This document shows positions 26,187-38,916 of a stretch of 64,000 nucleotides of DNA, one piece after another. The position numbers and the translations under genes were made by a program. The notes under the pieces are model-generated. The model ran no database searches, was not told the DNA's origin, and worked only from the letters and a program-made list of their open reading frames with translations. The stretch covers positions 498,001 through 562,000 of the forward strand of contig CM052818.1 in NCBI GenBank assembly GCA_028534125.1, in the 5' to 3' direction. How positions within the stretch are numbered: the first letter of the stretch is position 1; each line of letters begins with the position of its first letter. This DNA comes from Lama glama (lineage: Eukaryota).

Positions 26187-26855
26187 TGTTTTTAGTATGT
26201 TTTTATTGAAGTATAGTCAGTTAACAATGTTGTGTCAATTTCTGGTGTACTGCACAGTGCTTCAGTCACATAAGAACATACACACATTCGTTCTCATATT
26301 CTTTTTCACCATAGGTTACTGCAAGATATTGAATATGATTCCCTGTGCTATACAGTATAAACTTGTTTATCTATTTTATATATATTATTTAGCATCTGCA
26401 AAGCTCAAACTCCCAATTTATCCCTTCCCACCCCTTCCTTCTCTGGTAACCATAAATTTGTTTTCTATTTCTGTGAGTCTGTTCCTGTTTTGTAAATAAG
26501 TTTGTTTGTTTTGTAGATTCCACATATAAGTGATATCATGGTATTTTTCTTTCTCTTTCTCACTTACTTCACTTAGAATGACATTCTCTAGGTCCATCCA
26601 TGTTGCTGCAAATGGCATTATTTTATTCTTTTTTATGGCTGAGTAGTATTCCATTGTATAAATATACCACAACTTCTTTATCCAGTCATCTGTTGATGGA
26701 CATTTAGGTTGTTTCCATGTCTTGGCTATTGTATATAGCATTACTATGAACATTGGGGTGCATGCGTCTTTTTGAATTAAGGTTCCTTCTGGATATATGC
26801 CCAGGAGTGGAATTGCTGGATCATATGGTAAGTCTATTCTTAGTCTTTTGAGGAA
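26187..26855 (-). mobile_element. Young 5'-truncated L1 with a perfect 15-bp TSD
   Basis: The minus-strand ORF encodes the L1 ORF2 C-terminus (IAKTWKQPKCPSTDDWIKKLWYIYTMEYYSAIKKN). TSD cagagatgcactgtt at 26172-26186 and 26856-26870. Confidence 0.95.
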
Positions 26856-27469
26856 CAGAGATGCACTGTTACTATTTTGATGTATTCCCTTCTAACCCCT
26901 GTGCATATTTACTTACAAATTCTTGATACTATACAGTGATTATTTTCTTTTGACTTCGTATGGTAAATGTTTTCCAATGTTACCAAATATTTTTCAAAAA
27001 CACTGTTTTAATATTAAAATATAAAAGATGTTTAAAGATATGGTCCACAACATTAACAATGACTAACAAACACTTGGACAGCAGATTCTTCTTAGGTTTT
27101 TCTTTTTGCTCATTTGTATCTTCTTCTTTTTTTATAATTAACTTGTGTTTGTTTAATTTTTAAATGAGATTATTATAATAGCTGCATCATGTTCTATTGT
27201 GCTTATACCTTATAAATTAATCATTCTTTAATGTCACACATTTATGTTGTTTCTAATTTTGTTGTTATAAATAAGCCTTCCATGAAGACCCTTGTACCTA
27301 GATCTTTGTGCACTACTTTCCTAGAAGTGAGATTATTGAATGAGAAGGTATATAAACATTTTGCAGAGTATCGATAAACCTACTAAATTGCTTTCCAGAA
27401 GGGCACATGAGTTTATGATCCCATCAGTGGCATTATCTTGGGAAAGAAAATTGTTAACAGTATTTGCAA

Positions 27470-27703
27470 AACTGAGCCTTGAACAACATGGGGGTTAGGG
27501 CACTGGCATGAGGAGAAGTACAAAATCCCGGTATAACATACAGTCAGCCCTCCGGATCCTCGGTCCCTCCATGTCCACAGTTCTGCGTCCTGAGATTCGA
27601 CCAACTGCAGATGGTGCAGTACTGTAGTATTTACTATTGAAAGAAAAAATCCAGGTATAAATAGGCTCATGGAATTCAAACCTATATTGTTCAAGGGTCA
27701 ACT
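27470..27703 (+). mobile_element. MER8-like TcMar-Tigger non-autonomous DNA transposon
   Basis: Terminal inverted repeats ccttgaacaacatggg ... cctatattgttcaagggtcaact, ~235 bp in total. Confidence 0.8.
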
Positions 27704-29329
27704 ATATTTTCATTTTGTGATCGTCAGCTTGCTGCGTTCATTAAGGAGGCTGGACTTTTTATATCTTCATTGGTCATTTACGTTGCTGCTTTTGTGAATG
27801 TTCATATTCTTTGTCTTTTTTCCTCCCTGTGGGAATTCATCTTTTTTCTTATATACTAACTATATAACCCTTTTCCTTTTCATTTGTTCTGTAAATATTT
27901 TCCCTGAATTTATCATTTAATTTGGGTTGTTGACCCACAGAAGGATTGATTGATTTTTATGCTTAGAAAGACTTTTTGATTGCTTGATTAGATAAATAGT
28001 TACCATTTTCTTCTGTAGGTCGCAATGAATAAATGCTTACTTAAACAAGAGCAATTTTTTTCTGGCTAAGTGGGATTTTATTGGTCTGGACTAAGAAACA
28101 GTCCATCTCCTACAGGGACCTGACTTGGAATGATCAAAACTACAATACTTTGATAGTATGCAATCCTTGAACGACCCCACCAGATACATGATCGTGTAAA
28201 TAAAACATTGTTGGTAGTTCCCACCTTTGTAGGACAAAGCATCTTAAAAGCAAACAGTATAGCACAGCCTCTCACAAAAGACTGCCCCACCCTTAAACTA
28301 ACAAAATCCCATTCCCACTTCATATTCAAAACTAAGGTGGGTCTTAGGATGATACCACTTGGCCTCAGGTGGACACTTTCTTTCAGGTCAACCCCCCTCT
28401 CCCACTCCCAGGTCCCATGCCTTGAGGATAGACACTAATCCTGAGTGGGGTTGCTCTGGCATGTAGTATTTGAGACATACAGATACAAAAAAAGAAATTA
28501 TTCGCTGTTTCTCTGACATTTGAATTTAACTGGATGCCCTATATTTTTATTTGCAACCCAGATTTATCTGGCAACCCTAACCCTGAGGTTTTCTTTCAGT
28601 GTCGATGTTGGGGCCCACGTCCCAGGAGTGCCCACAGGCAACAGCAGACAGACCTGGCACCTCTGACAAACCACATGAAGGTCTGTACCTGTCTGCCTCC
28701 AGAGAGGGCTCTTGCAGTCAGGAGGCCTCAGAGACATTTTCCAAAAACCCCCACTACACTGACTTTCCTACGAAGGTCAGCATGTGCTTATAAACCTGCT
28801 CTTCTCCCAGGCCTCTCAGGGGTGCTTCCAGGCATCCTGCACTTCATTGTTCTTCCCTCTTCTCTTCCCAGCAGCTGTGAGGCTCATCTTGGGCCTGTGG
28901 ATCTGGGCAGGCCCTGCTGAGTGCCCGCCACTGCCTCGCTCGGGTCCCCTTAGCCCACATCCCTGTTTGAATGGCCGGTCTGTCTGATCCCTGTGGCCTC
29001 TTTCTGCCTGAACACCCATTTTCTGTCTTATAGGCTTTTGATTCACTATAAATAATTAGATTGTTTTCCAAAGGCTGGATGTTCAAATTCAGGTTTTATG
29101 GTGGTTTGAGATGGCTGAATGTCATGTGGATGTGCCCACCATTAGGACAACCCTAAAGATTGGCAAGACTGAGACACACGCTGAGAACCCCCTCCCCCAT
29201 TTAGCAGATAAATTGTACAATGTGGGCAACAGAAAACCTCCCCAGGAACGATGCCAGAGTGACCTCAAATGACTGGATCCATTAGCGCAGGTGTTTCCGA
29301 GAACGCCCCTCCCAGCTCCGTGGGGGATG

Positions 29330-29540
29330 CTTGCATCTTTTTAATCCCTAGCCACTGAAGATTTCTAAGGCAGAGCTTCCCAATCTTTAGAGCACCTGCG
29401 AATCCCCTAGAGTTTTGTGAAGATGCAGGTTCTGATTCGGGAGCTCCGGGGCCTGCTGAGATGCTGCACTGCTGTAAACTCTCAGTGGCGCCACTGCTGC
29501 AAGTCCATGGATCGCACTTGGGACAGCAGGGCCAAAACTT
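29330..29540. mobile_element. MER5-type hAT-Charlie remnants
   Basis: Typical MER5 text (gcaggttctgattcgggagctccggggcctgctgagatgctgca). Similar copies at ~25830-26010, 33620-33800, 43745-43870, 43990-44135 and 59815-59995. Confidence 0.65.
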
Positions 29541-30975
29541 CTTTCCGATTGACTGCAGGGTGGCCCAGACACCTGGTGTTTTCAATTCCAGGGCTCTGGG
29601 CTAGACTGCCTAGGCCCAGGCGGTCTGAATCAAAGGAGATGTGATCCACGTCTGCGAGAAAGGAGACACAGAGCGAGGGCAAAGGAGATGGGCCAGGGTG
29701 AGAGAGGAGGGTAGAGGCAGGAAGCCTGAGAGAGGGGACGAATTCAAGACAGTTTAGGGTGGAGCTGACAAGACCCAGGCTGATGGAATGTGGGGCGGCG
29801 GGGAGGCATTTGGAGAACAGACTGTCACCAGCTGGGGAGGAAGAGCAGGGGCTGCTACTCAGTGCCACGCCTCATCCTGGGCACCTGGACATCATTATCT
29901 ACTGGAGGTAAGGCAGTACCTTAGATAACACATAATGTCCTCATTGCTTTCTGTATATATTTTAACTCTGCTTGTCACGGCTACGTATGGTTAAAATATT
30001 GTAAGATGCTTTCACTGTGAAGTGGAAAGAGTGATAGGGGATGGGGATGGGCATGGAAGGATAGGACTGTTTGAGTGCCTACTGTATACTAAGGTCTGAA
30101 ATAGGACATTGCCATAGTGTGGCTCTTTGCTTTCTGTGTCCCATTTTTGCAGACGGGAAGAAGGCTGGGAGAGGGTAATTGCCCACCGTCACAAATCAGT
30201 ACATGGAGGAGCTGGAAATGGAGCCCAGACATCCAGAGAGAGCATCTCAGTGTGTGGGGAAGGGGGAGGGTGTTGTGGGGGGCACAAAGGCTGAGTGGGA
30301 GCAAGGTGGTCTCTGGTGGGAGCTCGGAGGATTGGTCGCCCTGCACTGCACAGTTCCTGCAAATGCGGCTTCATCCTCACCCATGAAAGGATGTGGGGAA
30401 GGGGAGCCTCAAGGACACATGAGGTTGATATCAAGTTCAGGTCTCAGATGGGACGAGCAGACCCCTGCTCAGCAGAGGTGGGGATGGGAGCAACATATGG
30501 AAATAGGATAATGAGATGAACCAATCTTTTAGGGAGGCTCAGCTCTTTCTGTGGTGCCTTGGCACTGCTCTAACTGGATTTGTAGGATTTGTACTTCAGG
30601 CATTTCATGATTTTTATACTACACATATTTTCTGTGGTTTCCTCTCCCTAACTCCCCACTTTCTTCTTCTTCTTTTTTTTAACAAGTTCCTTTTTAAAAT
30701 GCTGACCTTGTTTGAAGATTTGACGTTGAAGTTTAATCGACATAGATCATAGGATCTGGGCACAGCCGGTTTCCCCTGCTGAACCCCAGGCCCCTGTGTG
30801 CACTGTTTCCTGGGTCTCTCTGTGGGCAGGTCCCGCAGGCGCCTCAGTGGAACATGTCCTTGCTGACCTCATTTTACAACCTGCTCCTCCTCTGGGCCGC
30901 TTGGTCCTGCCATCCACCCTGCTGCTCTTTCAGAAACCTCCTTCCCCCTCCTTGATCCAATCAGCCCCTTCCTGT

Positions 30976-31224
30976 CTTTTTTTTTTTAATTGAAGTATAG
31001 TCAGTTACAATGTGTCAATTTCTGGTGTACAGCATAATGTCCCAGTCATGTATATATATATGCATATATTTGTTTTCATATTCTTTTTCATTAAAGGTTA
31101 TTACAAGATATTGAATATAGTTCCCTGAGCTATACAGAGGAAATTTGTTTTTTAAATCTATTTTTATATTTAGTGGTTAACATTTACAAATTTCAAACTC
31201 CCAAATTTATCCCTTCCCACCCCC
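30976..31224 (-). mobile_element. Young 5'-truncated L1 3' end with a perfect 15-bp TSD
   Basis: TSD tcagccccttcctgt at 30961-30975 and 31225-31239, with poly-T and an antisense L1 3' UTR between. Confidence 0.92.
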
Positions 31225-31935
31225 TCAGCCCCTTCCTGTTGATTTGACTCCCTAAATCTCTCCAGTACACACTTCTCTTGATCCCCACCCCTACCTATCC
31301 TAATGGAGACCATCATTTTTTCTCACCTGGGTTCCTGCAACAGCCTTCCAGCTCGCTTTTCTGCCTCTGTCCCAAGACCCTAGACCACAGCTGGCACTGA
31401 GCAAGATATGGTCCCTGTCCATGGCACAGTGGATGAGACAGACCAAATCATTCTTACGATGTGATTGGCTGGCCCAGTCTTGAGAGCTCATCAAAGGCTT
31501 CCTGGAGTGTCACCTGAGCTTAGCCAGGAAGGATGAGTGGGAGTGAATGGCAAGAAGGCAGGAAATGCTTCTGCCAAAGCTATGCTGTTTTAGTAGTTTC
31601 CTTTAACAGGCAGGCCCCTAGTGACATATATACCCTGAGTCCTTTCCTTTTCTGGATTGTTTTTCTATTCACACATAAATTTCTACTGAGTTTGCCCCAC
31701 TGCCACTCATCTCTCCCACCATGCTCCCCTCCACTCTGATTTCTTTCACAGTAGTCTACATCTCTGAATGTGCTCTAGGGGGAGGAATGACAACCATTAG
31801 AGTGGAAATCTCAAATATATGTCCCCAGGAGGGAAAGATGCTCTAGAAATGGACAGAACTGATTGCACTAACACATACCTCAAATGCACATACACACATC
31901 CACCTTACATGCACACACACATACCATTCCCTGCA

Positions 31936-32309
31936 TGTAAGTTATTAGTGCTGTTAACCAAATATTTTTGCTTCTCCTTCCAGGCACATGGGAGCATTGC
32001 ACCTGTGGTATGTCCCTGCCTGCTTGTGACTTGCTCTGGTCAATGAAATGGGAGCAAAGTGACATGTGTTACTTCCAGGTAAATGCTTTAAAGAGTCAGT
32101 GCTCAATTTGCCTCATTCTCATTTTCTGCCTTCAGGGTTGAGGAGGCAACACGTCTATTGCAGCAGCCTGTGTCCCTAAGTGGCTATGGAAACCAGACCC
32201 ATAGTGGACATATGTCATGATTGAGAAATAAAATTGTGCTACGTCAAGCCACAGAGACCTGGGGATTTCTTATTACTGTAGCACAACCTAACTGATCCTG
32301 ACTGATACA
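31936..32309 (+). mobile_element. MLT1J-like (ERVL-MaLR) solo LTR, same orientation as TET3
   Basis: TG...CA ends; gtgctgttaaccaaatattt...ggcacatggg...gtgacttgctctggtcaatgaaatg...gagaaataaa...ctgactgataca matches the MLT1J architecture. Confidence 0.8.
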
Positions 32310-33199
32310 TCTGGCCAAATCAAGGTTTAGGGGCACCAGGGCCTTCACTCTTGTTGGGTATTCAGCATCCTGAGTCCCTGAGTCAATCAGAGTTCCTATC
32401 CTCCTGCCCAGTCCCCTTAGGCTGGAAGATTTCCAGGTTATTTCATCTCTTTCCCATTATGATGGGGACCCTTGCATGCTCCTTATAAGCTACGTAGTCT
32501 ATTTGATTGAACCTAAATTCAAAATGAAGTCACAGAAATAGTTATAAAACATGAAAGCATTTGCTGAGCTTTTCAAAAGCTTATTCTAGATGCCCTACAC
32601 ATGTCACACTAACCAATGCATGTCCGAAAGCAATCCCCTAATGAATCTCCCTTTCCCCAAGAGCAAAATGGCAGCCTCTGCCCCCAGAACAGCCTTGGCC
32701 CTGGTAGGCTAACTTCAGAGGTCCTGGATTGTAGGCCTGATCCTGCCACTTAGTAGTGAATGATCTTGGAAGAATACCTTTCTGAGTCCCAGTTCCCTTA
32801 TCTGTAAAATGATGATGATGATGATAATAACAACCATGTCATAGAAAGAAAAGGAAAGTAACATTTGTACAGTTGGTGTATAACCACTCTCTGCAGATAG
32901 AACAAGAATGTGTGAGGAAATGCTTTGAAAAGGGAAAACCCTGTGCAAACAAAAGCTGATAATATTTTTAACCAACACATGACCAAAGAAGAAACACAGC
33001 CCAAATCAAATGAGCTTCCCAACGCCTTCAGTCTTTAAAACCAAGCCCAGGTGTAGACATCGGTCTCTATTTACATTTCTGCAAAAGGTCCCGTAATACA
33101 AAGCTCATTCTTCAACTAGGACAAATTGCTTATTAGCTGAAGTGAAGGAGTGGGGTCAAGCACCTCAGCGGAGGTCAGTCACATTCAATCATCTGCAGG

Positions 33200-33900
33200 T
33201 TGGGCAAGCACCCAGCAGTGACGGTTCCGCGCAGTGACTTCCCGAAGAACCGCACGCGCGCACATCCAGTTATACTTTCTGTGCCCTTGGCCCAGCGCTG
33301 AATGAACTTCAGTTCATCGAGGAAGCCCTGCTTATTCCCCAGCCCCACCTCCATCCCGATCCAGCGAAACGCCCCTTGCCAATTTCGAAGCGCCTGCAGT
33401 CCTTCCGGCTTTTCCCTCTCGCGACGGGATTTCCCTTCCCAGCCCTCAGGGCCCGCGGCGCCGCCGGGTCCTGACCTCACGGCAGCAATTGCCGAAAAGG
33501 TTCTGCCCTCGGCAGCCGGTGGGTGGCCCCCCCCGGGGTGGGGGCCCCCCGTCAGTCTACCTCCTCTAAGCGCCTCGGGCGTGATGTTGGCCGCCGCCGA
33601 GGTGCCGAACTTGCTCTGCGACCGCTTCTCCAGCTGGAGCGCGCACCACCTGAAAGGCTTGTTAAAACAGAGCGCGGGCCCCACCTCCAGAGTTTCTGCC
33701 TTGACTAGGTTGAGGGTGGGGCCGACAACTTGCATTTCCACCAAGTTCCCAGGTGTCGGTGACGCTGCGCATCCGGGACCACCCTTAGTGAACCTCTGCC
33801 TCTGGTTTTAGGCGGCTGTCAGATACAGAGCGTCGCTGGGCTCCTCCGCGCCGGTCCCGGCTGTTCTCCCGACCTGAGCGCTGTTCCTGGAGGGAACAAC
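33200..33900. promoter_or_regulatory. Small CpG-rich region upstream of TET3; possible promoter of an antisense lncRNA of the DGUOK-AS1 type
   Basis: Locally dense CpG ~3.5 kb upstream of the TET3 island. A minus-strand DGUOK antisense lncRNA is known to start upstream of TET3 in human; orthology is inferred only. Confidence 0.4.
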
Positions 33901-35890
33901 CCAGAAGGTTGCAGACCTGGGAAGGCAGGGCCGGAGGAGTTTGGGCTTTGTTTTGGAGGGCCCTGAAGGATTTGTGCAGATAGGAAAGCAGGCAGGAATA
34001 AACTTTGGAAGCCTGTGGGTCGTTGGTGTTACTGGGATATTTCATTCATCAGGTTGTAGTGACCTCGTTTCTTCAACCCGTATTGATCCTGTGCTAGGTC
34101 TAGGGTTACAAAGGTGAACAGACAGGGTCCTAGCCTTCCAAGGGCTCATAGTAACCGGGAGGGAAATGTGCAAACAATTAAATTACCGATAAGATAACTG
34201 TTCCTAGGGAGGTAGCAGCGTCAAACTTCTGCGGAGGGCGGGCGGGAGGGCGGGAGCGCGGGCGGGCGGGGCTCTGGAATCTGTCTGAGGAGCTAGAAAA
34301 AGGTTTCACGAAGAACTGGCATTTATGCTGAGACTTGCAGGAGGGGTGGGAATTTGGCAGGTAGAAGTGGGTAGCTGGGAAGTGGTTTCCCCAGGCAGAA
34401 GGCATGAGAAACAAGACTGCTCAGGTACAAGGTTGTGAGGGAGACTGACAGTGCGTCTCCGGCCTGGGCCTGGTTTCCCTCCTACCTCTCTCTCTGGAGG
34501 CTCCTTCTGTCTCCTTTGCTGGCCCCTCGTTAGCTGCTGCCCCTCACGAGCTGCTGTTCCCAGGGCTGTGTCCTGGTTGCCGTTTCTTCTCACTCTCCAT
34601 GTCCACGCCTGATGAGCAGCTCCACTCCCGAGGCCTCCAGATCTCTTCCCGATGGGGCCCACGTGTGTTTCCAGCCCAAGCCTTGCCCCCTCGGCTCCAC
34701 GCAGATGTCCCCAGGCATCTTTCCTCCTGTGTTCTGCCTTGGTAAATGGCACCAGCATCCACCTAGTTACCTAAACCAGAAGATTTCGTGAAATGACTCT
34801 TTCATAGATAGCTGGTGAACTGGCACAGTGAATTGCTGGTGCCATTTACCAAGACAGAACACAGGAGGCTCCAATTCTGAGTCTACAATTTACTAGCTGA
34901 GTGACCTTGGGCAAATTACTTAATCTGTTTCCTCCTCTGTGAAATGGATTTAATGACAGTACCCACCTCACAAAGTTGTTCTACGGATTAAACAGTAATT
35001 GTTACTTATTAAGCCCTATGTTAAGTACTTTACTTGGATTTCTTCAGAGATGGTGAGTACCTTGTCCAAGGTCACTCTGCTGGCAAGTGGGAGAGCCAGG
35101 TCTGGAACCCACAGTTCCTTGACTCCTAAGCCACCTTCTTCATTGTCACACTATCTGGAGATTGTATATCAAATAGGGAAATGCTTACAACATAACGTTA
35201 AGTGAAAAGAGGACAGCAAATTGCCTAATCAGTGAGTACAGCCATGTTATTTAAAAAAGGGAACTAATCTACAAATAGAAAAGGCTAGAAGGAAATATGA
35301 CAAATGGTTAAATGTAGTTGTATTTGGGTTATTTTTGACTTCTAATTTTCTATTTTCTATCTTGTCTTTAATATACATATTTTTACTAAAATAAAATATT
35401 TATAACATTAAACATTTATTTCACTAAAAACAACTACAAGTCCACAAACTGTTCTCATGTTTGAAAATTATACTCTACTGGTATCTCTTCTCAGTTCTAG
35501 ACTTACTTCCCTCAACAGAAATTCTTTCCTACTCTCAAAGGCCAGAGTAGGAAGTAGGTATTACAGCCATATTCACCACCCACCCCACAGCTGACAACCT
35601 GGCCATGAGAGCAGGCTGTCAAAATCAGGCCTGTGAGGAGGGAAGTTCCAGACAGAACCCGGCTTCTCCTACCGCCCAGGGCTTTCTGGACAGCGCTACT
35701 TGAGATCAATTACTTTTTTTCTTCTTCTTCTAAGTAACTAGCCGAATGCTCTTTTTCCAGTTCTGGCTGAGTTGTTAGCTTCAGCCTGGTGGCGACGCCT
35801 GCCAGGTACCTGGCTCCGTGAACACCGCCCAAACTGGTCAGGCCAGTCCGCCCCGTGGTTGTTTCTGCCAGGACTTGCCCGTGTGTGGCG

Positions 35891-35915
35891 GTGTGTGTGT
35901 GTGTGTGTGTGTGTG
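35891..35915. repeat. (GT)n microsatellite upstream of the TET3 promoter
   Basis: Visible directly in the sequence. Confidence 0.9.
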
Positions 35916-36199
35916 AGGGGTGTCTTAGAGACCCACCCTTCTCCCCAGCAACCCAGGTAGGTGGAAGGCAGCTTCGGGGACCAGCCTGGCAGTCAGGCTA
36001 GAATGGGTGGAGCTGAATTAATCTAACCTGGAATTTCAACTTGGCCTGCACAACAGGTGAGGGAAAAGAGCAGCAGAGAGAACAGGCAGTTTGGCAACTT
36101 GGAAGTATTCTTCTGCCATGCCCCTTGCCCCCTGCCTGGAAAATAGCCCGGGGTGACTTTTCAAAGTGTCTGCGCCGGCTTGTAGGGCTCAGTTGCGCC

Positions 36200-37750
36200 A
36201 AGGCCTCCAAGGAGGCTGTCCGAGCCCCTCCTGCACGCTGTCCTCCACGGTTACTCTCCGCGACGCGCCCGTTCCCCCTCCTCTGGGAGGCAGGGCGGGG
36301 GTATCGGATTAGTCTTTGTTTTCGACGCGAAAGAGCCGAGCGCGGCGCGGGGGAGGCTCGCGATGCCAGGGCCCCGGGGTCCGCCTGGGTAGGGCGCTCG
36401 GCCGTGACCCCCGCGAGGGTGCCTCCCAGCTGGCCCGCGGCCTCTGCTCGCGGGTATCCCCTCCCTGCCGGCCAGGCTGACTCGGTACGCAAACGCGCGA
36501 TGTCCCCCATTGTCCTGCCTCGGAATGAGCGAGCCGCAGGAGGAGAGTGGGGTCAGCCGGGCTCCGAGCTCAGGGCTCCTGGGGGCGCCGGGGCGGTCCC
36601 AGACCGCTCGGCCCGTAGGGAGTGGCAGGAAGTGGGGACACCGAGGCTGGCTCCGCCGAGGGCCTAGGCTGGGAGGTCCGCGTGCCCCACCCCGCGCGGC
36701 CCGCCGCGCCCGCCGGGGCTGCAGAACCGCCGGAGGGCGGGGGCGGCCAGCCGGAGGAGGGCGGCCGGTCCCGGGAGGACCGACCGCGGGGGAGGGGAGG
36801 TACTGCAGGTGCAAAGGCGCGGCGGCCGGGCCGGGCCGGGCCCTGCCCCCACCCGCTCGAGGGCCGCCCGCGCCGTCCCCTCCCCCTCCACGGAACTCCC
36901 CCCTCGCGTAGCCGGGAGCCCGGTGGAGGGGGCGGCGGCGGCGGCGGGGCCGGCGGGGCTCGGCGGGGCCGCACGTGCGCGCCCTCCCGGGCGGGGGAGT
37001 CCCCAGGCGAGCACGTGCCGCGGCGCGCGGGGGGCGGGGAGTCCCGCGGACGCCTTCATTGCTGCTGCTGCTGCCGCCGCGGCCGCCGCTGCCTCTTCCT
37101 TCCTCCTGCGCCGTCCCCTCCTCGGCCCGGGCGGGGGGCTCCGTGCGCCGAGCTCGGCCGGGCCAGGCGCTCCGGGAGGCGGGCGCCCCAGGCGGCGGCG
37201 GCGGCCGCGACGGTGGTGGCGGCGGCGGCGCGGGCCGGGAAACTTTGCCCCTTTGTGCGCTCCGCCCCGGAGGCGGCGGGCAGGTCGGTGCAGTCGGTGC
37301 CTTTCCGGCTCCGGAGTGGGGGAGGGGCGGCGGGGAGGCGCTGGGGGCCCGACCCGGGGGGAGGGGACGGCCTGGGGGCCGGCCGGGGGGGTCGCTACTT
37401 TGTTGCGGGGGACGGGGCTAGGGTGCTGCGGGTCACAGTGTAGCGGAGCCGGGCGGGGGCGGCGGGGCGGGGCGGGGCGGGGGCTGCGGAGCCGCCGGAG
37501 CCGAGCGGCCGAGGCCCCAGAACAAAGGAGCCCGAGCGGTGGCGCGCGCGCGGCCCGGCCCGAGCCCGAGCGCGCCCCCCTCCCCGCGCCCCCTCGGCGG
37601 AGCCGGCGGCCCTCCCGGGTCTGGCCGGCGGGCGCGGGGCGCGGCGGGGCGGCCGACGCGGGCTTCCCCGGGCGCGCCCCTCTCCAGGCCGCTCCCGTGC
37701 CGGGGGCGCCCGGGCAGCCCCGCCGAGTGAAGCTCTCGGCAAACTTTATT
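36200..37750 (+). promoter_or_regulatory. TET3: CpG island; main TET3 promoter
   Basis: Very high GC and dense CpG, several GC boxes (GGGGCGGGG) and GGC/GCC repeats, directly upstream of the CXXC exon. Boundaries approximate. Confidence 0.9.
37040..37283 (+). other. TET3: Probable non-coding first exon of full-length TET3 (start approximate)
   Basis: Candidate donor CAG|GTCGGT at 37283/37284 inside the CpG island, ~840 nt upstream of the acceptor at 38124/38125. The TSS is inferred, not observed. Confidence 0.5.
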
Positions 37751-38124
37751 TTGAAAGCTGTGCTCCCTTGGGGAGGGCCTAGCGACCTCCAGCGAGGAGT
37801 GTGTGGGAATTTTGGCGAAACTGTCCCAAGCCCGTGGGGTTGGGGCAAAGAACAACTTTATTAGAAATCTCACCTTGACCACCACCCCCCCCGCCTTAAA
37901 TTCGTTGCCCAGGTTTCCTTAGCACGCCATCGCTCCCTCGGCCTCCTTTCCAAGACAGGGAGCGGGTGCTGGTGCGCCCTGCCAGAGGTTCTGGGCAGAA
38001 GTTCATGTGAGCAAGCCCCATCTCTTCCCCCATCTTCTCTTTTCCCAGAAGCAGGAAGAGGTAACATGTGAAAGTTGTCCCCGAGCCCCGAGTGATGCGC
38101 TTCCCTTTTCTGTCTCTCTTTCAG

Positions 38125-38916
<792 letters not shown>

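Noticed and set aside
26418..26753. 111-aa ORF that looks like a real protein
   Set aside because: It is the C-terminal remnant of L1 ORF2 inside a TSD-flanked truncated L1, not a host gene.
35921..35962. LETHPSPQQP followed by a strong donor CAG|GTAGGT, loosely like the mouse oocyte Tet3 N-terminal peptide as I recall it
   Set aside because: No ATG in the frame nearby, the donor is phase 2 while the downstream exon needs phase 0, and the similarity is too short to be meaningful.
35998..37885. Many long overlapping ORFs (up to 394 aa) on both strands
   Set aside because: They lie in the extremely GC-rich CpG island where stop codons are rare. The translations are low-complexity Gly/Ala/Arg/Pro text with no recognisable domain.
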